Positions 1 through 13,269 of a stretch of DNA of 64,000 nucleotides are shown piece by piece. Source of the DNA: a virus. Within the stretch, counting starts at the first letter, position 1; each line of letters begins with the position of its first letter. The translations under genes were made by a program, and so were the position numbers. The DNA lies in IMG/VR virus record IMGVR_UViG_3300045988_095709, positions 33,509 to 97,508 of that record; one strand, written 5' to 3'. The notes beneath the pieces were generated by a model. It had not been told where the DNA came from. It made no database searches and worked only from the letters and a program-made list of their open reading frames with translations.

Positions 1-22
1 TTAAAATTTATTATTTCACAAA

Positions 23-64
23 GTGTATAGGGGATAGTTGAACGCTATTCCCTATACGCGTTTT
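23..64 (+). terminator. Stem-loop plus short T-run, probably the intrinsic terminator of the gene ending just upstream of the window
   Basis: GTGTATAGGGGATAG (23-37) pairs with CTATTCCCTATACGC (45-59) around a 7-nt loop, giving 15 bp including two G.U pairs. It is followed by G-TTTT (60-64) and lies in the non-coding gap before the first gene. Confidence 0.5.
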
Positions 65-118
65 AACTCATGTCAAGTATTAACTTCATATTTGGCTGTT
101 TTTCAAAAATATAAATTT

Positions 119-3100
119 ATGATAAATTCAAATTGTGCTTTAGATTGCATGAATGTCGCTACTGATATTAAAATAGCGGGTATGATGGGATAGTTAGTAC
201 AGCACGAATCTGACAATGACATTCATGTGACAAAAGAAGAAAAAGAAAAATTAAAAAGTATTACAAACGATTCTGAAGATAATTCTGATCTTACAGAAAT
301 AAAATTAACTTTGAACAATAAAGCCGATAAAGACGAAATACCGACAAAGTTGTCATAGTTAGAAAACGATACTAATTTTATTTCTTCTATTCCAGATTTC
401 TATACTACTGAAGAAGAGGTAAAATTATTAATCGAAGGTTATCTTGAGGGTTACGACGGATCTGGTGGATCTGGAGGTGCTTCTGATGAAGATATAAAAA
501 GATTAGAACAACTTATAAAAGATCTTACTACACTCGTAAACAACAATACTACAGATATAGAGAGTATAAAAAAGACACTTGAAGAACATTCTGAAAGTAT
601 AACTAATATAGAACAGTTAATAGATACTCTCGAATAGTCTATAAGTAACATAAATCAACAGATAGAATAGATAAATGTTAAAATAGACAACATCGAAGGC
701 GGTGGATCTGGCGGATCTTATGTTCTTCCGATAGCTTCTGCGACATAGCTTGGAGGAATAAAAGTAGGATTGGGATTGAGTATTGATGGTTCAGGAGTGT
801 TATCTACTACCGGAGAAGGTGGTGGCGGAGGTTCTGATTTATCTTAGATATTAGAACAGATAAAAGGAATGTTCATATCTAAAACACAAGAAGACAGTAC
901 TGATTACTTATTGACACTAAATGACGGTCTTGTAGTAAAAAAGAACGATATTGACGATTTTTGTGTGTAGACAGATATTGTAAGAGATGCTGGATTCTTT
1001 AGTGGACTCTTCGGATCAGGTTATTCACTTTCTAGTGATTCGTCAGATAGTCTTAGTAATTTTAGTTCTGATGGTTCTTTATTGGAAATAGATAATCTTC
1101 TTGTTAGAAGAAAAGCTATGTTCCAGGAATTAGAGATAAGAAAAGTATCAGCAATAGGTGGAACTCTTGTTTTATCTAACGCTAGTGGTACTATAATAAA
1201 TACTACAGATAAGGGTGGTGGTATAATAAGATGTTATTTAAAAGCCGATGACGGTACTACTAGAACTTAGAATTTATTCCAACCTCAAGATTATGTAAGA
1301 TGTCAGACGTTTAATATACAAGCTGGAATATATAGTGATGTAAAAAATAAATCATACTGCCTTGCTGTATAGGATGTTGGTTCCGACGAAGCTTTGGGAT
1401 CAAACGAACCTATGAACTATATAGATGTTATATATCAATCTGGAGATAAGCCGGAGGCTGGAGATGTAATCGTACAGTACGGATGTCAGCCTGGAGGTGA
1501 CGAATCTAGAAAGAATCTTATAGAGTTATCAACATCTGACGTAGATGCACCTTGTATGAAGATGTACACAGGAGTAGAAGGAATGCATAGTTTAGAGGAT
1601 CATGTTCAGTCTATAATAAGTCCGGAACTTGTAGAATTCACCACAGATGTGTTTAGAATAAGAAGCGGCGGTAATTCATATCCTATAGCAATAGACAGAG
1701 GAAAGTATGATCAGTATACTACATACTACTATTATGATCGCGTAAGCTACGAAGGAAGTTTGTGGTTGTGTATTTATCAGGGAGAAGAAGGCGTTACTGG
1801 AGTAGAACCATCTTTTGAAAATTCAGAATATTGGGAACTTTAGGTGTCTAAAGGAGACAAAGGAGATCAAGGAGAATCTCAAGACGGAAATGATATTTAT
1901 TCTATGTCATTAGATCAAGATGTATTCTTATCGTTATACGATTCTGAAACTAGAAAATGGTCTCCAGATATAAGGACATCTTCTATAAATATAAACGTAT
2001 ATAAAAACAACGAGCTTGTAACTACAAAAGACGTACCTTATACTGCAAGTATAATAGAAACAAACGGTGATTGGACTCCTAGTGCAAGTGTTACTGAAGA
2101 TGCTTCGTCTTATTATATAACAGCATCTGATGTTAGATTGACAAATGGAACAGCAGATTGTACTGTATAGGTATCTATTACTGATACTAATGTAAAACTT
2201 AAGAGAAAATTCACACTCATAGTATCAGAAAAGCCTACGTACGATTATGACGAAAACGGATATACTGTGTTTATATCTCCTTCTAATTTAGAATTACCTG
2301 TAAAATATGAAACAGAAGATAAATAGATAACGGTATCTAACGATCCTACACATCCTATAAAAATAACAGTACCTGTTGTAAAATCAATAACTACGGATTT
2401 ATCTAAGAAGATAAACGTTATGATATTCAAAGGAAGTAAAGTTATAACAAATCCCTAGATAAATATAAAAAGTTCTGTAAATTTAGATTCGATGGATTAT
2501 GAAGGATGGTTTGGAGTTGGCCATTTATATAAAACCACATATACAGAAAACGATACTTATTAGATAAGTATATACGAAGTCCCAACTTCTACTGTATATT
2601 GGCTTCCTGAAAACTTTACAGACGGAGAAGCAGTAGCGTTCCCAGTAACAAGTATGAACATAAACATTGCTCCCCAATACGACGGAGTTCCTTCTACTGA
2701 CGTACCAGTAAATGTAAATCTGGACGGAAATGGTAGTATATGGGAAGTTACTGGAACTAGATTTACAAGTACTTTCACTGCTATAAATAATATGAATATT
2801 AACTATTCATCTATAGAATAGACTGCTGATCATATACAATCTGTAGTTGGACAATATCTTGTAGACGAAAACGGTGATTATACTGAAACGTTTACACAAG
2901 CAATGTAGACTGCTACTAGTGTAGAAATTGGAGCATATCAGGACGGTTTGGCTGCATGTGGTCTTATAGTGTCTTTGGAAAGAGGAGGAGATGGAAATTA
3001 TACTTCTACAGATGGTGTTGTAAAAGTATACGGAAACAAATTCCAAGTATACGATAGAGATTTGCGTAATATAATGTTTACAGTAGACGACTCTGGTTAT

Positions 3101-3847
3101 ACTACTGTTAGAAATCTTAAAGCAGAAAATGCATATGTTTCTGGAGAAGTTATAGCAACAAAGGGATCTGTAGGAGCATTCTCTATACAAGATGATAATC
3201 TTACATCTAGTAAAAACGGAACTGTAGAATTAACATCCAATGGATTAAAGATTGTATCTCCAACACAATCTAGTGGAGTTGAAGATAGTTATATAGCATT
3301 TAATACTGTAAACTAGAAATAGGGAGAAAGTACACTATATAATTCTGCAGCTTATATTCACAATCACGGAAAAGAATCAGGATAGAATTATGCAGCATTA
3401 TACGTAAGCTGCGACGGTTTTGGAAAAAAATATGGAATATTTAACGAATCTACGACAAATACTAACGGACTGGTAAACAATGGTGTACTTGTAAACAACC
3501 TATGTCCAGTAACAACCACAATGAATTTGGATGCGTATCCATTTAGTAAATTCATACATTACGGTTCTTCTACGTGTACATTGAACTTACCAACAAATCC
3601 TGCAGACGGAATGGATATAGAATTTATAGTAACAAATCCTGACGGAAAATTAAACATAAATACTACAAACTCTAATACAATATTATATATAAAAGACAAT
3701 ATTGCAGGAAGTGTAAACAACGTGAATTCGTATACTACAGGTGGTGCTGGTATATGGAGATTGATATTCCTAGGACAGACACAACAATTAGGACCTAGTA
3801 CTTAGGCGTGGTTTGCATTTAGAATTACAGATAATTACACAGCATAA
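119..3847 (+). CDS. Long tail fibre protein (1242 codons, TAG read as sense)
   Basis: This frame is open to TAA 3845-3847. I checked it codon by codon and only TAG interrupts it, first at 191-193. The first ATG is 119, with alternatives at 149 and 182. A heptad-rich coiled-coil segment (~480-700) is flanked by GGSGGSGG-type linkers. The fibre motif SYVLPIASAT-x-LGGIKVG (716-769) is shared with the fibres at 21261 and 23288. There is also a short G-X-Y run, GDKGDQGES (1853-1879). Confidence 0.75.
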
Positions 3848-3849
3848 TA

Positions 3850-4368
3850 ATGTTCGATATAAAAGGAAACAAAATAGTATTGAGTACTGATGATCTTGCG
3901 ATACCTCCTTTTAAAGAATTTTACAATAACGCAAAAGATAAAGAACAAGCGAAAAAGGAAATAGAATATGTAATATGGAGATACAAATGGAATACTCCAT
4001 ACGAATCTTATCCAGAAAACGAAAGATCTCAAAGAGTATCGAAAGATTTATTTGGTACTACTACATACGAACCAGACGATAAAGTTAAAGAATTGATAAA
4101 AAGATTCAACGAGTTTCAGGAGACTCCTAGTACAAGATTACTAGGAGCTTCTAAAACCGCAGCTGAGGGAGTTATGTAGGCATTAAAAGAATATTCTACT
4201 GGTGAAGTTGATATAGATACTGCTATAAAGATAACTAGAATTCTGAAAGATGTAGGAGGTATAGTAAAATCATTAGACGTAGCTATGAAACAAGCCAAGG
4301 CAGAACAGTTAGAATCAGGAAGAGTAAAAGGTGGAGGAACTATCGGATTATACGAAGTTCCGAAATAA
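3850..4368 (+). CDS. Hypothetical protein; possibly the small terminase subunit, by position only
   Basis: ATG 3850 lies 2 nt after the fibre stop. There is one in-frame TAG (4177-4179) and the gene ends at TAA 4366-4368. It sits directly upstream of TerL. I recognised no diagnostic motif. Confidence 0.6.
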
Positions 4369-4378
4369 TATTTAAATT

Positions 4379-6442
4379 ATGGTAAACTTTAATTAGAAAT
4401 TTCATAATACAGATAAATTCAGACAAGCAGCTTTATATTTTATGGAGCACGGAACATATACTAGTGCGCCTCCTGGTACTACTGATTACGTAGCGTATTG
4501 GGATAGAGAAACAGAAAGATGTATTAATGGATTTACTGCAGAAGACGGGGAGTATATTACTGGATACCATTATTTTTATTTGAACTACTCCCCTATATAT
4601 ACAATAAAAGCTGAACAATATACAGATAGAGGAGGAAATAAAAGAACAAGACGTATTCGTTCTTTGTCGTTCCCTTCTTTTTGGGATTATGATGCGTACT
4701 ATTATTATACAATTGAAGCCGCCGAAGATGTTGGAAAACATTTAGCTGTACTCAAATGTAGAAAGAGAGGTTATAGTTTTAAAGGAGCTTCAATGTTAGT
4801 ACGTAATTATGAATTGATACCTGGATCAAAGAACTTCGCTGTAGCTTCTGAGCAGAAGTATTTGATCGGTGACGGATTACTTACTAAAGCGTGGGCTATC
4901 ATGGACTTTTGTGATAGAAACACGGCTTGGGCAAAACAGCGTCTAAAATCTACGAGTATGGAAAGAACATCCGGATTCAAAATAAAAGACGAATTCGGAA
5001 AAGAAACAGAAGATGGATACATGTCCAGTATAATAGGAATAACTCTTAAGAATGATGCAGAAAGAATAAGAGGTACTCGTGGAAAATTAATATTATGGGA
5101 AGAGGCTGGAAAATTTGCAGATATAAAAGAAGCATGGTCTATAGCAAGATCTTCTCTAGAATCGGATGATGGAGTGGCTTTCGGAACACAAATAGCATTT
5201 GGTACTGGTGGTACTGAAGGAGTTGACTTCGAAGGTTTGAAAGATATGTTTTTTCATCCGGATTCTTATAATATATATTCGTAGCCAAACATATGGGATG
5301 ATAACGCAGAAGAAACAAATTGTGGATTCTTCTGTCCGCAATGGTCTAATATGGAGGGTTTCGATGAAAAAGGAAATTAGATGTTTATGGATAAAGACGG
5401 AAACTCGTTGAGAGAACTATCCATAAAAGAATGTGTAAAACAAAGAAAAGAAGTACAAGACGGTAGAGGAGATCAATAGTTATTAGATAGATTTATAGCG
5501 GAAAGACCGCTAAAACCAGCAGAAGCTGTATTGGAACTTGGTGGAAATATATTCCCTAGAAAACAATTATTAGATCAACTTAATAGACTAAGAACAAATA
5601 TAAAACTATAGAATATGAAACATGTGGTTGATCTATCATGGGATGGAGACGGAAAAGTAAAAGCCACAGAGAAAAAATCTGGAGATATTACAACATATCC
5701 GCTAAAGTCTGGAGAAAAACCAGAAGGCTCTGTTGTAATATGGGAATATCCAATAATAAATCCACCATACGGATTATATATAGCAGGGTTAGACCCTTAC
5801 GATTAGAATGAATCTGGAACAAATTCTCTAGGATCTATAATAATATATAAAAGATTCAAAGCGGGAGAAGCTTGGACAGATACTATAGTTGCAGAATATT
5901 CCGGAAGACCCGGAACTGCAGATGAATATTACGAAAATGTTCGTAAGTTATTAATATTTTATAATGCGAGATGTTTGTATGAAAATGAAAAAATAGGAAT
6001 ATATCAACATTTCGTAAATAAACATTGTGATTATTTATTAGCCGATCAACCAGATAAAGTCATAGCTCAGATATTTAGAGATTCTAGAGTTAATAGAAAA
6101 AAAGGATGTCACATGACAAAACAGGTAAGATAGTTTGCCGAGGAAAAAATAAATGAATGGTTAAGAGAAGAATACGCTCCAGGACATCCTAATTTAGAAA
6201 GAATATATAGTGAACCGTTATTAGAAGAATTAATAATGACGAACGGAGAAAGAAACGTTGACCGAGTTATTGCTTTATGTATGGTAATGATATATAGAGA
6301 AGAATTATATCAATTAAAAGTATCTGAGGCTAAATAGTAGAATAAACAAGTCGAACTGTTCGATTTACCATTGTTTGGTACTTAGTGGTGGAATGACGAT
6401 AGTAAATCAGAAGACGACGGTATACCGATATTTCAATTTTAA
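4379..6442 (+). CDS. terL: Terminase large subunit
   Basis: One frame runs from ATG 4379 (alternative ATG 4442) to TAA 6440-6442 with 10 in-frame TAG, 9 of them downstream of 4442. Motifs seen are a P-loop-like KCRKRGYSFKGAS, a Walker-B-like KLILWEEAG, and an acidic nuclease-domain motif LYIAGLDPYD. The size is typical for TerL and the portal gene follows. Confidence 0.9.
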
Positions 6443-6444
6443 TT

Positions 6445-8940
6445 ATGATAGAAGATAATTTGTATAACTCCAGATTTCCATAGCAAAAATTACCATTATC
6501 TAAAAAGAACAAGAAATGGCAAACAGATTGCGTAAATTATATAATCGGAGAAGGAAATATAGTTTCTGGTGCACAATCAAAAACAGAATTTGGCGAATTA
6601 TAGACTTATTATAATCTTTACAATAGTATTTTCGACGAAAAAGATTTCAAGAAAATAACAAATCCGTTTAAAGTAGAAGATGGATTTCCTGCTACACCAC
6701 AAGATTTTAATATAATAAGACCTAAAATAGATTTGCTAATTGGAGAAGAAACAAAAAGACCATTCAACTTTACTGTTACTAGAACATCATAGGAATCAGC
6801 TTCAGAGTTGATGGATAAACAAAAATAGTTAGTGTTGCAGTATGCTATGTCTTTCTTTAATTCACAACTTGGTCCAGAAGAACAGCAATAGTTCCAAGAA
6901 CAAATAGCAAATGGAGAAGTAATGCCTCCTGAGCAAATTGCTAAGTATATGGACAAAGACTTTAAAGATGTTGTTGAAAACACAGCATATCATACTATAA
7001 TGTACTTAAGAAAAAAGTTATCTACGGATAACGAATTCATAAAAGGATGGAAAGACGCACTTATCGGTGGTAGAGAAATTTATTACGTAGGAGTATTAAA
7101 TTCTGAACCGTTTTTAGAGCGTGTAAATCCTATGTAGTTATCTTTCGACAAGAGTCCTGATCTAGAATACATAGAAGACGGATCTTGGTGTTGTAGGAAA
7201 ATGAGACTTCCTATAGCAGAAGTGTACGATAGATACTACGATAAATTAACAGAAAAAGATTTAAATAAATTAGAAGAAATGATGAATGCTGTACCTGCAA
7301 ACAATATTGGTGAGCATAATCCTGTTGACGACTTCAAAGGAATATAGTTTCATTTCTATGACAATCCTTTATATGATGAAAAAAATAGTCATTGTATAAA
7401 CGTATGGCATTGTTGTTGGAAGTCTTTTAAAAAGATATTCTATGTTACTACTGTTGACGAAACAGGACAGACTCAAATAGATATTGTAGACGAAACTTAT
7501 CAAAAGACTGGTACAGAAATAAGTGTTGAACCTGATTGGGTAATAGAAGTTTGGGAAGGATACAGAGCGTCTAACGATTTATATTTTGGAATATAGCCGT
7601 TAGAATATCAGCATATAAGTATAGATAATCCTAACAGTTAGAAATTACCTTATTGTGGCGCAATATATAGTAATACTAATAGTAAACCACGTTCATTGGT
7701 TAGCATATTAAAACCATTACAATATATGTATATTGTACTTTGGTACAGGTTAGAGTTAGCTTTAGCTAGAGATAAAGGAAAAGTCGTAAACATGGATATA
7801 ACATAGATACCTAAATCTATGAATATAACTCCCGATCGATGGCTTCATTATTTATCTAGTGTCGGTGTTAACTTCATAAATCCTTACGAAGAAGGTTGGA
7901 ATATAGCTGGTCGAGAAGGTGGAAAACCGGCAACTTATAATCAAATAACGGCATTGGATCTTACAATGAGTAATGTAATAGCTGAGTATATTCAACTCAT
8001 GGATAAGATAGAACAACTAGCCGGAACTATTTCAGGAATTACTGAACAAAGACAAGGAGCAATTTCTACTTCAGAATTAGTAGGAAATGTTGAACGAAGT
8101 GTTATACAATCTTCACATATAACTGAGCCTTTATTCTGGACTCACAATTAGGTAAAGAAACACGCGTTAACTATGCTTCTAAATACAGCAAAAGGTGTAT
8201 GGTAGGATTTAGGAAAAACAAAACTACAATACATATTTGACAACGGAGAAAGAGCTTTTATAAATATACCTGAAAAATTCTATTATGAAGATATAGATAT
8301 ATTTATGAGCGATACTTCAAAAGACGCAGAAAACATACAAAAACTACAAAGTCTTATACAGCCAGCTATGCAAAATGGTGCATCGTTGTTAGAGGCTGCA
8401 GAAGTTCTTACTAATGATAACTTTAATATAATCAAACAGAAACTTAAAGATATGCAAACTAGACAAGAACAGATGCAACAACAACAGCAGCAGGCAGAAA
8501 CTGAAAGAGCTGAAAAGATTCAACAAATGCAGAATCAAGCAAAAGAACAAGAACTTATGCTTAAAGAAGCAGAGATGGATCTGGAAAGATATAAGATCGA
8601 TTAGGATAATGCTACTAAAATAGCTGTAGCCGAAATTAGTACTTATAGAGGTAGTGAAGATAAGGATATAGATATGAATGGAATATCTGATCCTATAGAA
8701 ATAGCCAAAGATGCTACTGCTCAAATGAAAATACGTGAGGATCAGTATACTAAGAGATACGAAACCGAACAGAAGAAAGAAATAGAACAGTAGAAGATAA
8801 AATTAGCAAGAGAGCAAATGAATCACGAAACTGAGCTTTAGAAATTAAAAGATAAAGCAGCAATGGAACGTGAATAGTTAAAAGCAAGGACCGCATTAAA
8901 AAATAAAACAAATGCAGAAGCTGCTAAAAGTAAAAATTAA
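6445..8940 (+). CDS. Portal protein (831 codons)
   Basis: ATG 6445 lies 2 nt after the TerL stop. I read frame 1 line by line to TAA 8938-8940 and found 16 in-frame TAG and no TAA or TGA. The call rests on size, the position immediately after TerL, and a Q/E/K-rich coiled-coil C-terminus (8440-8930). Confidence 0.7.
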
Positions 8941-8965
8941 TTAATAATTTAAAAATTTTAGTATT

Positions 8966-9040
8966 ATGGCATGTGGAAACAAAAAGAGCTCATCTAAGAA
9001 GTCTTCTGGAAGCAAGACTAGCTCTGGAAAAAAGAAGTAA
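8966..9040 (+). CDS. 24-codon Lys/Ser-rich micro-ORF (MACGNKKSSSKKSSGSKTSSGKKK)
   Basis: It runs from ATG 8966 to TAA 9038-9040 in the 102-nt gap between the portal gene and the next gene. Six of its 8 Lys codons are AAG, the codon choice of the MCP-type high-expression genes and unlike the AAA-rich bulk of the block. Confidence 0.35.
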   Translation: MACGNKKSSSKKSSGSKTSSGKKK

Positions 9041-9042
9041 TT

Positions 9043-10485
9043 ATGAAAAAACCTAAAAGAAGGGGATATGTTCCTAGTAGAAATGTAAGGAATCATATCT
9101 ACAAATGGGAAGCTTCAGATATAAAAGCTCAAAATAAAAAATTTGGTGGAGACGCTATAAAAGCAAAAGCTGCAGAATTTAATGCTATGTTAGGAGATTA
9201 TGCTACTAGAATAGGATAGAATACTGCAGACGCTTTATTCTCTACTTATTATAATATTTCTCCTAATACATTTAAAGAACGAATACTCCCTTCTGTAATA
9301 GATTACGCTAAAAATTCTACTAAAGAGAATTATAATAAAGTACACGATATAATGATGAATCGTTATACGTGGGCTGATAAAAAATATCAACGTGGAATAA
9401 AAAAAAGAGCTGCAGCAGATGCGGCTTTATCGAAACCTATAATAGAAATAAACTACGATGACGTAGTTAATGACGCATTAGAACAACCTATAGATGTGTT
9501 AAGAGTTGAAACTCCTAAAATAATAAAACCTATAAAAATAAAAAGTACTCCTATAATACAATAGGAGCAAGAACAAGCTCCTATTTATTTATAGAAACCA
9601 GAAATATTACCTAATATAATAGACACTTGGAATAACGTACAAAAAGGAAATACATTATAGATTCCTCAATTTAAAGATGGTAAAGATTCTATAATTTTAG
9701 ATACTATAAATTATAATAAATATAAAGAAAGTTTACCTAAAAATTTAAGATCAGACAATATAGATTATAATTTATACGAAGCGTATAAAATAAATATGAA
9801 ACCAGAATTGTAGGAAGACGGAACATATCATTTAGGAAGTAGAAATCCGTATAATGGAAAAATATTGAAATCAACATTTCATCCTACTTTTAGTAAAGCT
9901 ATATACGAAGATATGAAGATGGGATATTATCCGCAATACAATAACGGAGATATATATACTCAAAAAATATTTTAGTATGAAGATGGTAAAGATTCTTTAT
10001 GGAATGAATATTCTAAATTTAACGACAGTGCTTTAAGTATACCAGTTAAGTTTTTAGATCCTACTGGAATATCTTCGTGGAAAGACGCATATGATGCGTG
10101 GACTAGTGAAAATTTAAACATTCCAGATGCTATATTTGAAACTGTAGGAGCAATACCTCTTATAGGAAAAATAGCAAAAATAGGAAAAGCTGCAAAATTA
10201 TTATCTAAAGATAAATAGTTATTTAAAACTCAAGATTATATATTAAGAGGTATAGGTACTTCTCATGATGTACAACAGCAGATAAAAAAGCACAATAACG
10301 GTAAAGATTCTGGAATACATATTAAAAAAGCAAATGTTGGTAAATTCACAAATGCTGCAAAACAACATGGAATGAGTGTTCAACAGTTTGCAAATAAGGT
10401 ACTAAAAGCGCCAAAAGGAAAGTATAGTTCAACACTTAGAAAAAGAGCAAATTTCGCAAGAAATGCTAAAAACTTTAATCATTAA
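9043..10485 (+). CDS. Hypothetical virion-module protein (480 codons)
   Basis: I read frame 1 line by line from ATG 9043 to TAA 10483-10485 and found 7 in-frame TAG. The motif (K/E/N)-(D)-G-K-D-S occurs three times (9673, 9979, 10297). The C-terminal tail is basic (...GKFTNAAKQHGMSVQQFANKVL...RKRANFARNAKNFNH). Confidence 0.7.
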
Positions 10486-10542
10486 TGCGTAAAAACATTT
10501 GTTTGTTTTTACAGGCACAAAAAACTAATTATAAATATAATT

Positions 10543-11694
10543 ATGGCAAGAAAAAAAGATAGTCTTTCTGTTTTCGAAGATACATTGAATAAATTAGGAT
10601 ATAGTAATCCTGAAATTAAAGAAAATGTAACAAGTCTAGACGACGTTTTAGACAACGAACAGGAAACAGATATAGATGATATAGATGATAATCCAGTAAA
10701 CAAAACTGAGGAAAATAAAGAAGTAGATCCTGAATTAAAAGAAGACAATACTGAAATACCAGAAGGTGTATTTCAAGGTAAAGATCAGGAAAATAAAGAC
10801 GGCGAAAAAAATGCTACAGAAGAACAGACAGAAGAAGAGGAAATAGAAGACATAACAGAAGAAGAATCTTCTCAGGTCGGAGCATTTTTTGACGCGTTCG
10901 CTGAGTCTTTAGGATGGGATGTTTCAGACGAAGAAAGACCTGATTCTATAGAAGGTCTTATAAGTTACATACAATAGATTGTAGAACAAAATTCAAAACC
11001 AGAATATGCTGACGAACGAATTCAGCATCTTGACGAATACGTCAAAAACGGTGGAAAGTTTGAAGACTTCTATAACAATATGTCTCAATCTATTTCGTAT
11101 GACGACTTAGACGTAGAGAACGAAACTGATCAGAAACTTGCAGTAAGAGACTACTTAAAGCTTCAAGGTTATACTGAAGAACAAATATCTAAAAAGATAC
11201 AAAGATACGAAGACGCTGATGTACTAGAAGACGAGGCTTCTGACGCAATAGAAAGACTGAAAGAAATAAAACAGTTGGAATTAGAAGAGACTCAGAGACA
11301 GCAGCAACAGTATGCAGAAAGACAAAGACAATCTGCAATACAATTCGTATCAGATCTGAATAATAAAATAAGCAATATAACATCTATAAGAGGTGTTTAG
11401 ATTCCAAAGCAGGACAGAAAACTTTTGTTTGATTATATTACAAAAGTAGATGCAAATGGAATGACACAGTATCAAAAAGATTTTAATAAGAATATGATAA
11501 ATAATCTTATAGAATCTGCTTATTTTACTATGAAGGGTGATCAATTAATAAATGAAGCTACAAAGACAGGTCAAACTAACGCAGTTAACAAACTAAGAAA
11601 AACATTAAAACATCAATTTAAAAATCATTCAACTTATAATACACAAGAAGAAAAACAACGTTCATTGATAGATTTAGCGTCAAAATGGATCTAA
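10543..11694 (+). CDS. Scaffolding-like protein (acidic, coiled-coil)
   Basis: It runs from ATG 10543 to TAA 11692-11694 with 2 in-frame TAG. The N-terminal half is very acidic (D/E runs at 10640-10900) and a predicted coiled coil follows (...LKEIKQLELEETQRQQQQYAERQRQ...). It lies immediately upstream of the capsid gene. Confidence 0.55.
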
Positions 11695-11722
11695 TGAACA
11701 TATTTAAAAAATCAATTAAAAT

Positions 11723-13243
11723 ATGAATACACTTTTAAACAATCTTCAACTTTATAGAGGACGTCGTTTCTCTGATCTGGTTGATGAAAACATGATTTCA
11801 AACGCACTATTAACAAAGCCTCATGAGGTTTCAGGTCTTCTTTCTCTTGTATTTGGTACAAAGGATGACGGAGTATCTACAGCTATTGACTTGATTACTG
11901 GAGGTCTTGGTAAAACAATGATTATCGAAAACCGCGAATATGAGTGGTCAGTAATGATCGACAGCGACCATGCGGTTAACATTCGTTATGCTAAGTATAA
12001 CGGAAAGGAGCTTACAGATTCAGATATCGATACAGTAACTCCTGGTATTAATGGTTCTCCTATTTATATAGGTCTCGAGGAGAAGTGGTTTGGACCTGGT
12101 GCAATTCTCTCATTCGACGATTATAATTTTCAGGTTCGTGTTAACGGAAAGCCCTATCAGGATGGAAGCACATGGGTATACGAGTGCTACGTTGCAGACG
12201 GATTTGCAAGCTCATATATTCCTGTTGAGTATCTTCTTCCTGGAAGACAGGTTAGCCGTATTGGTAGCGCATACGAAGAGTATAGCGACGAGGCAGATAT
12301 CATAAACTATCAGACACCGTTTAAGATGCGTAACAATCTTAACACACTCCGTCTGTCTTATGATATTACAGGTGACGCTTATTCTACAGTATTGGCTATC
12401 GCTCTGAAGGATCCTGAGACAGGTAAGACATCTTATCTGTGGGCAGATTACCAGTATTGGTTGGCTCTTCGTCAGTGGAAGAAGCGTGAGGAGACAATGC
12501 TTCTGTTCTCTCACTCTAACAGAAATGCTGACGGTACATACGCACTCAAGGGAACTAACGGACGTGTTGTTCCAATTAGCGCTGGTCTGTTTGAGCAGGT
12601 TTCTCCGGCAAATATTCGTTATTACACAACACTGACTGCAGAATTGCTCGAGGATTATCTGTTCGATCTCACATACAATCTTCTCGGAACACAGGAGCGC
12701 AAGTTTATGGCTCTTACTGGTGAGATGGGTATTCGTGAATTCGATCGCGTACTTCGCGAAAAGGCTGCTGGATTCCAGCTTATTGATACGAAATTTATTA
12801 CTGGCTCAGGTCAGGAATTGACACTCGGTGGTCAGTTTACAACATATAAGATGACAAACGGTATTGAGTTGACAGTTAAGCGTTGTGCTCTGTTCGACAA
12901 TATGGAACTGTTCCGTCAGCTCCATCCGATTTCTGGAAAACCGTTGATGTCATACACATTCTTGTTCGTAGATCTCGGACAGCGTGACGGACAGGCAAAC
13001 ATCGTTAAGGTTTGTCGTAAGGGTCGTGAGTTTGTACAGTGGGTTACTGGTGGTTCTGTAATTCCTAGCGGATATGCAAACAGCATCAATACTCTGCGTT
13101 CTAACTCTAGAGATGGTTATCAGGTTCACTTCCTCGGTGAATTCGGTATAATGCTTCGTAATCCTCTGTCTTGCGGTATTCTCTACTGCGATGCTGAAGA
13201 TACAGATATACGTAACGAGGGTAATGCTAACGTAACAGCGTAA
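11723..13243 (+). CDS. Major capsid protein (506 aa)
   Basis: This is an uninterrupted standard-code ORF with no TAG. It follows the scaffold-like gene and has a typical HK97-class MCP size. Its codon usage differs strongly from its neighbours: it favours AAG, CGT, CTT/CTC and GGT, 16 of its 17 Gln codons are CAG, and one sampled 60-nt line (12541-12600) has 31 G+C. A hairpin follows the stop. Confidence 0.7.
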   Translation: MNTLLNNLQLYRGRRFSDLVDENMISNALLTKPHEVSGLLSLVFGTKDDGVSTAIDLITGGLGKTMIIENREYEWSVMIDSDHAVNIRYAKYNGKELTDSDIDTVTPGINGSPIYIGLEEKWFGPGAILSFDDYNFQVRVNGKPYQDGSTWVYECYVADGFASSYIPVEYLLPGRQVSRIGSAYEEYSDEADIINYQTPFKMRNNLNTLRLSYDITGDAYSTVLAIALKDPETGKTSYLWADYQYWLALRQWKKREETMLLFSHSNRNADGTYALKGTNGRVVPISAGLFEQVSPANIRYYTTLTAELLEDYLFDLTYNLLGTQERKFMALTGEMGIREFDRVLREKAAGFQLIDTKFITGSGQELTLGGQFTTYKMTNGIELTVKRCALFDNMELFRQLHPISGKPLMSYTFLFVDLGQRDGQANIVKVCRKGREFVQWVTGGSVIPSGYANSINTLRSNSRDGYQVHFLGEFGIMLRNPLSCGILYCDAEDTDIRNEGNANVTA

Positions 13244-13269
13244 TATTTGTTTAAATGATAATGTTCGAC

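Noticed and set aside
23-59. Long stem-loop near the window start, considered as a possible tRNA fragment or suppressor-tRNA anticodon arm
   Set aside because: The stem is 15 bp, far too long for any tRNA arm. There is no acceptor, D or T-arm context, and a T-run follows. It fits a terminator instead.
1853-1879. Collagen-like domain in the first fibre (GDKGDQGES)
   Set aside because: There are only three G-X-Y triplets, which is too short to call a collagen triple-helix domain. I note it only as a motif.
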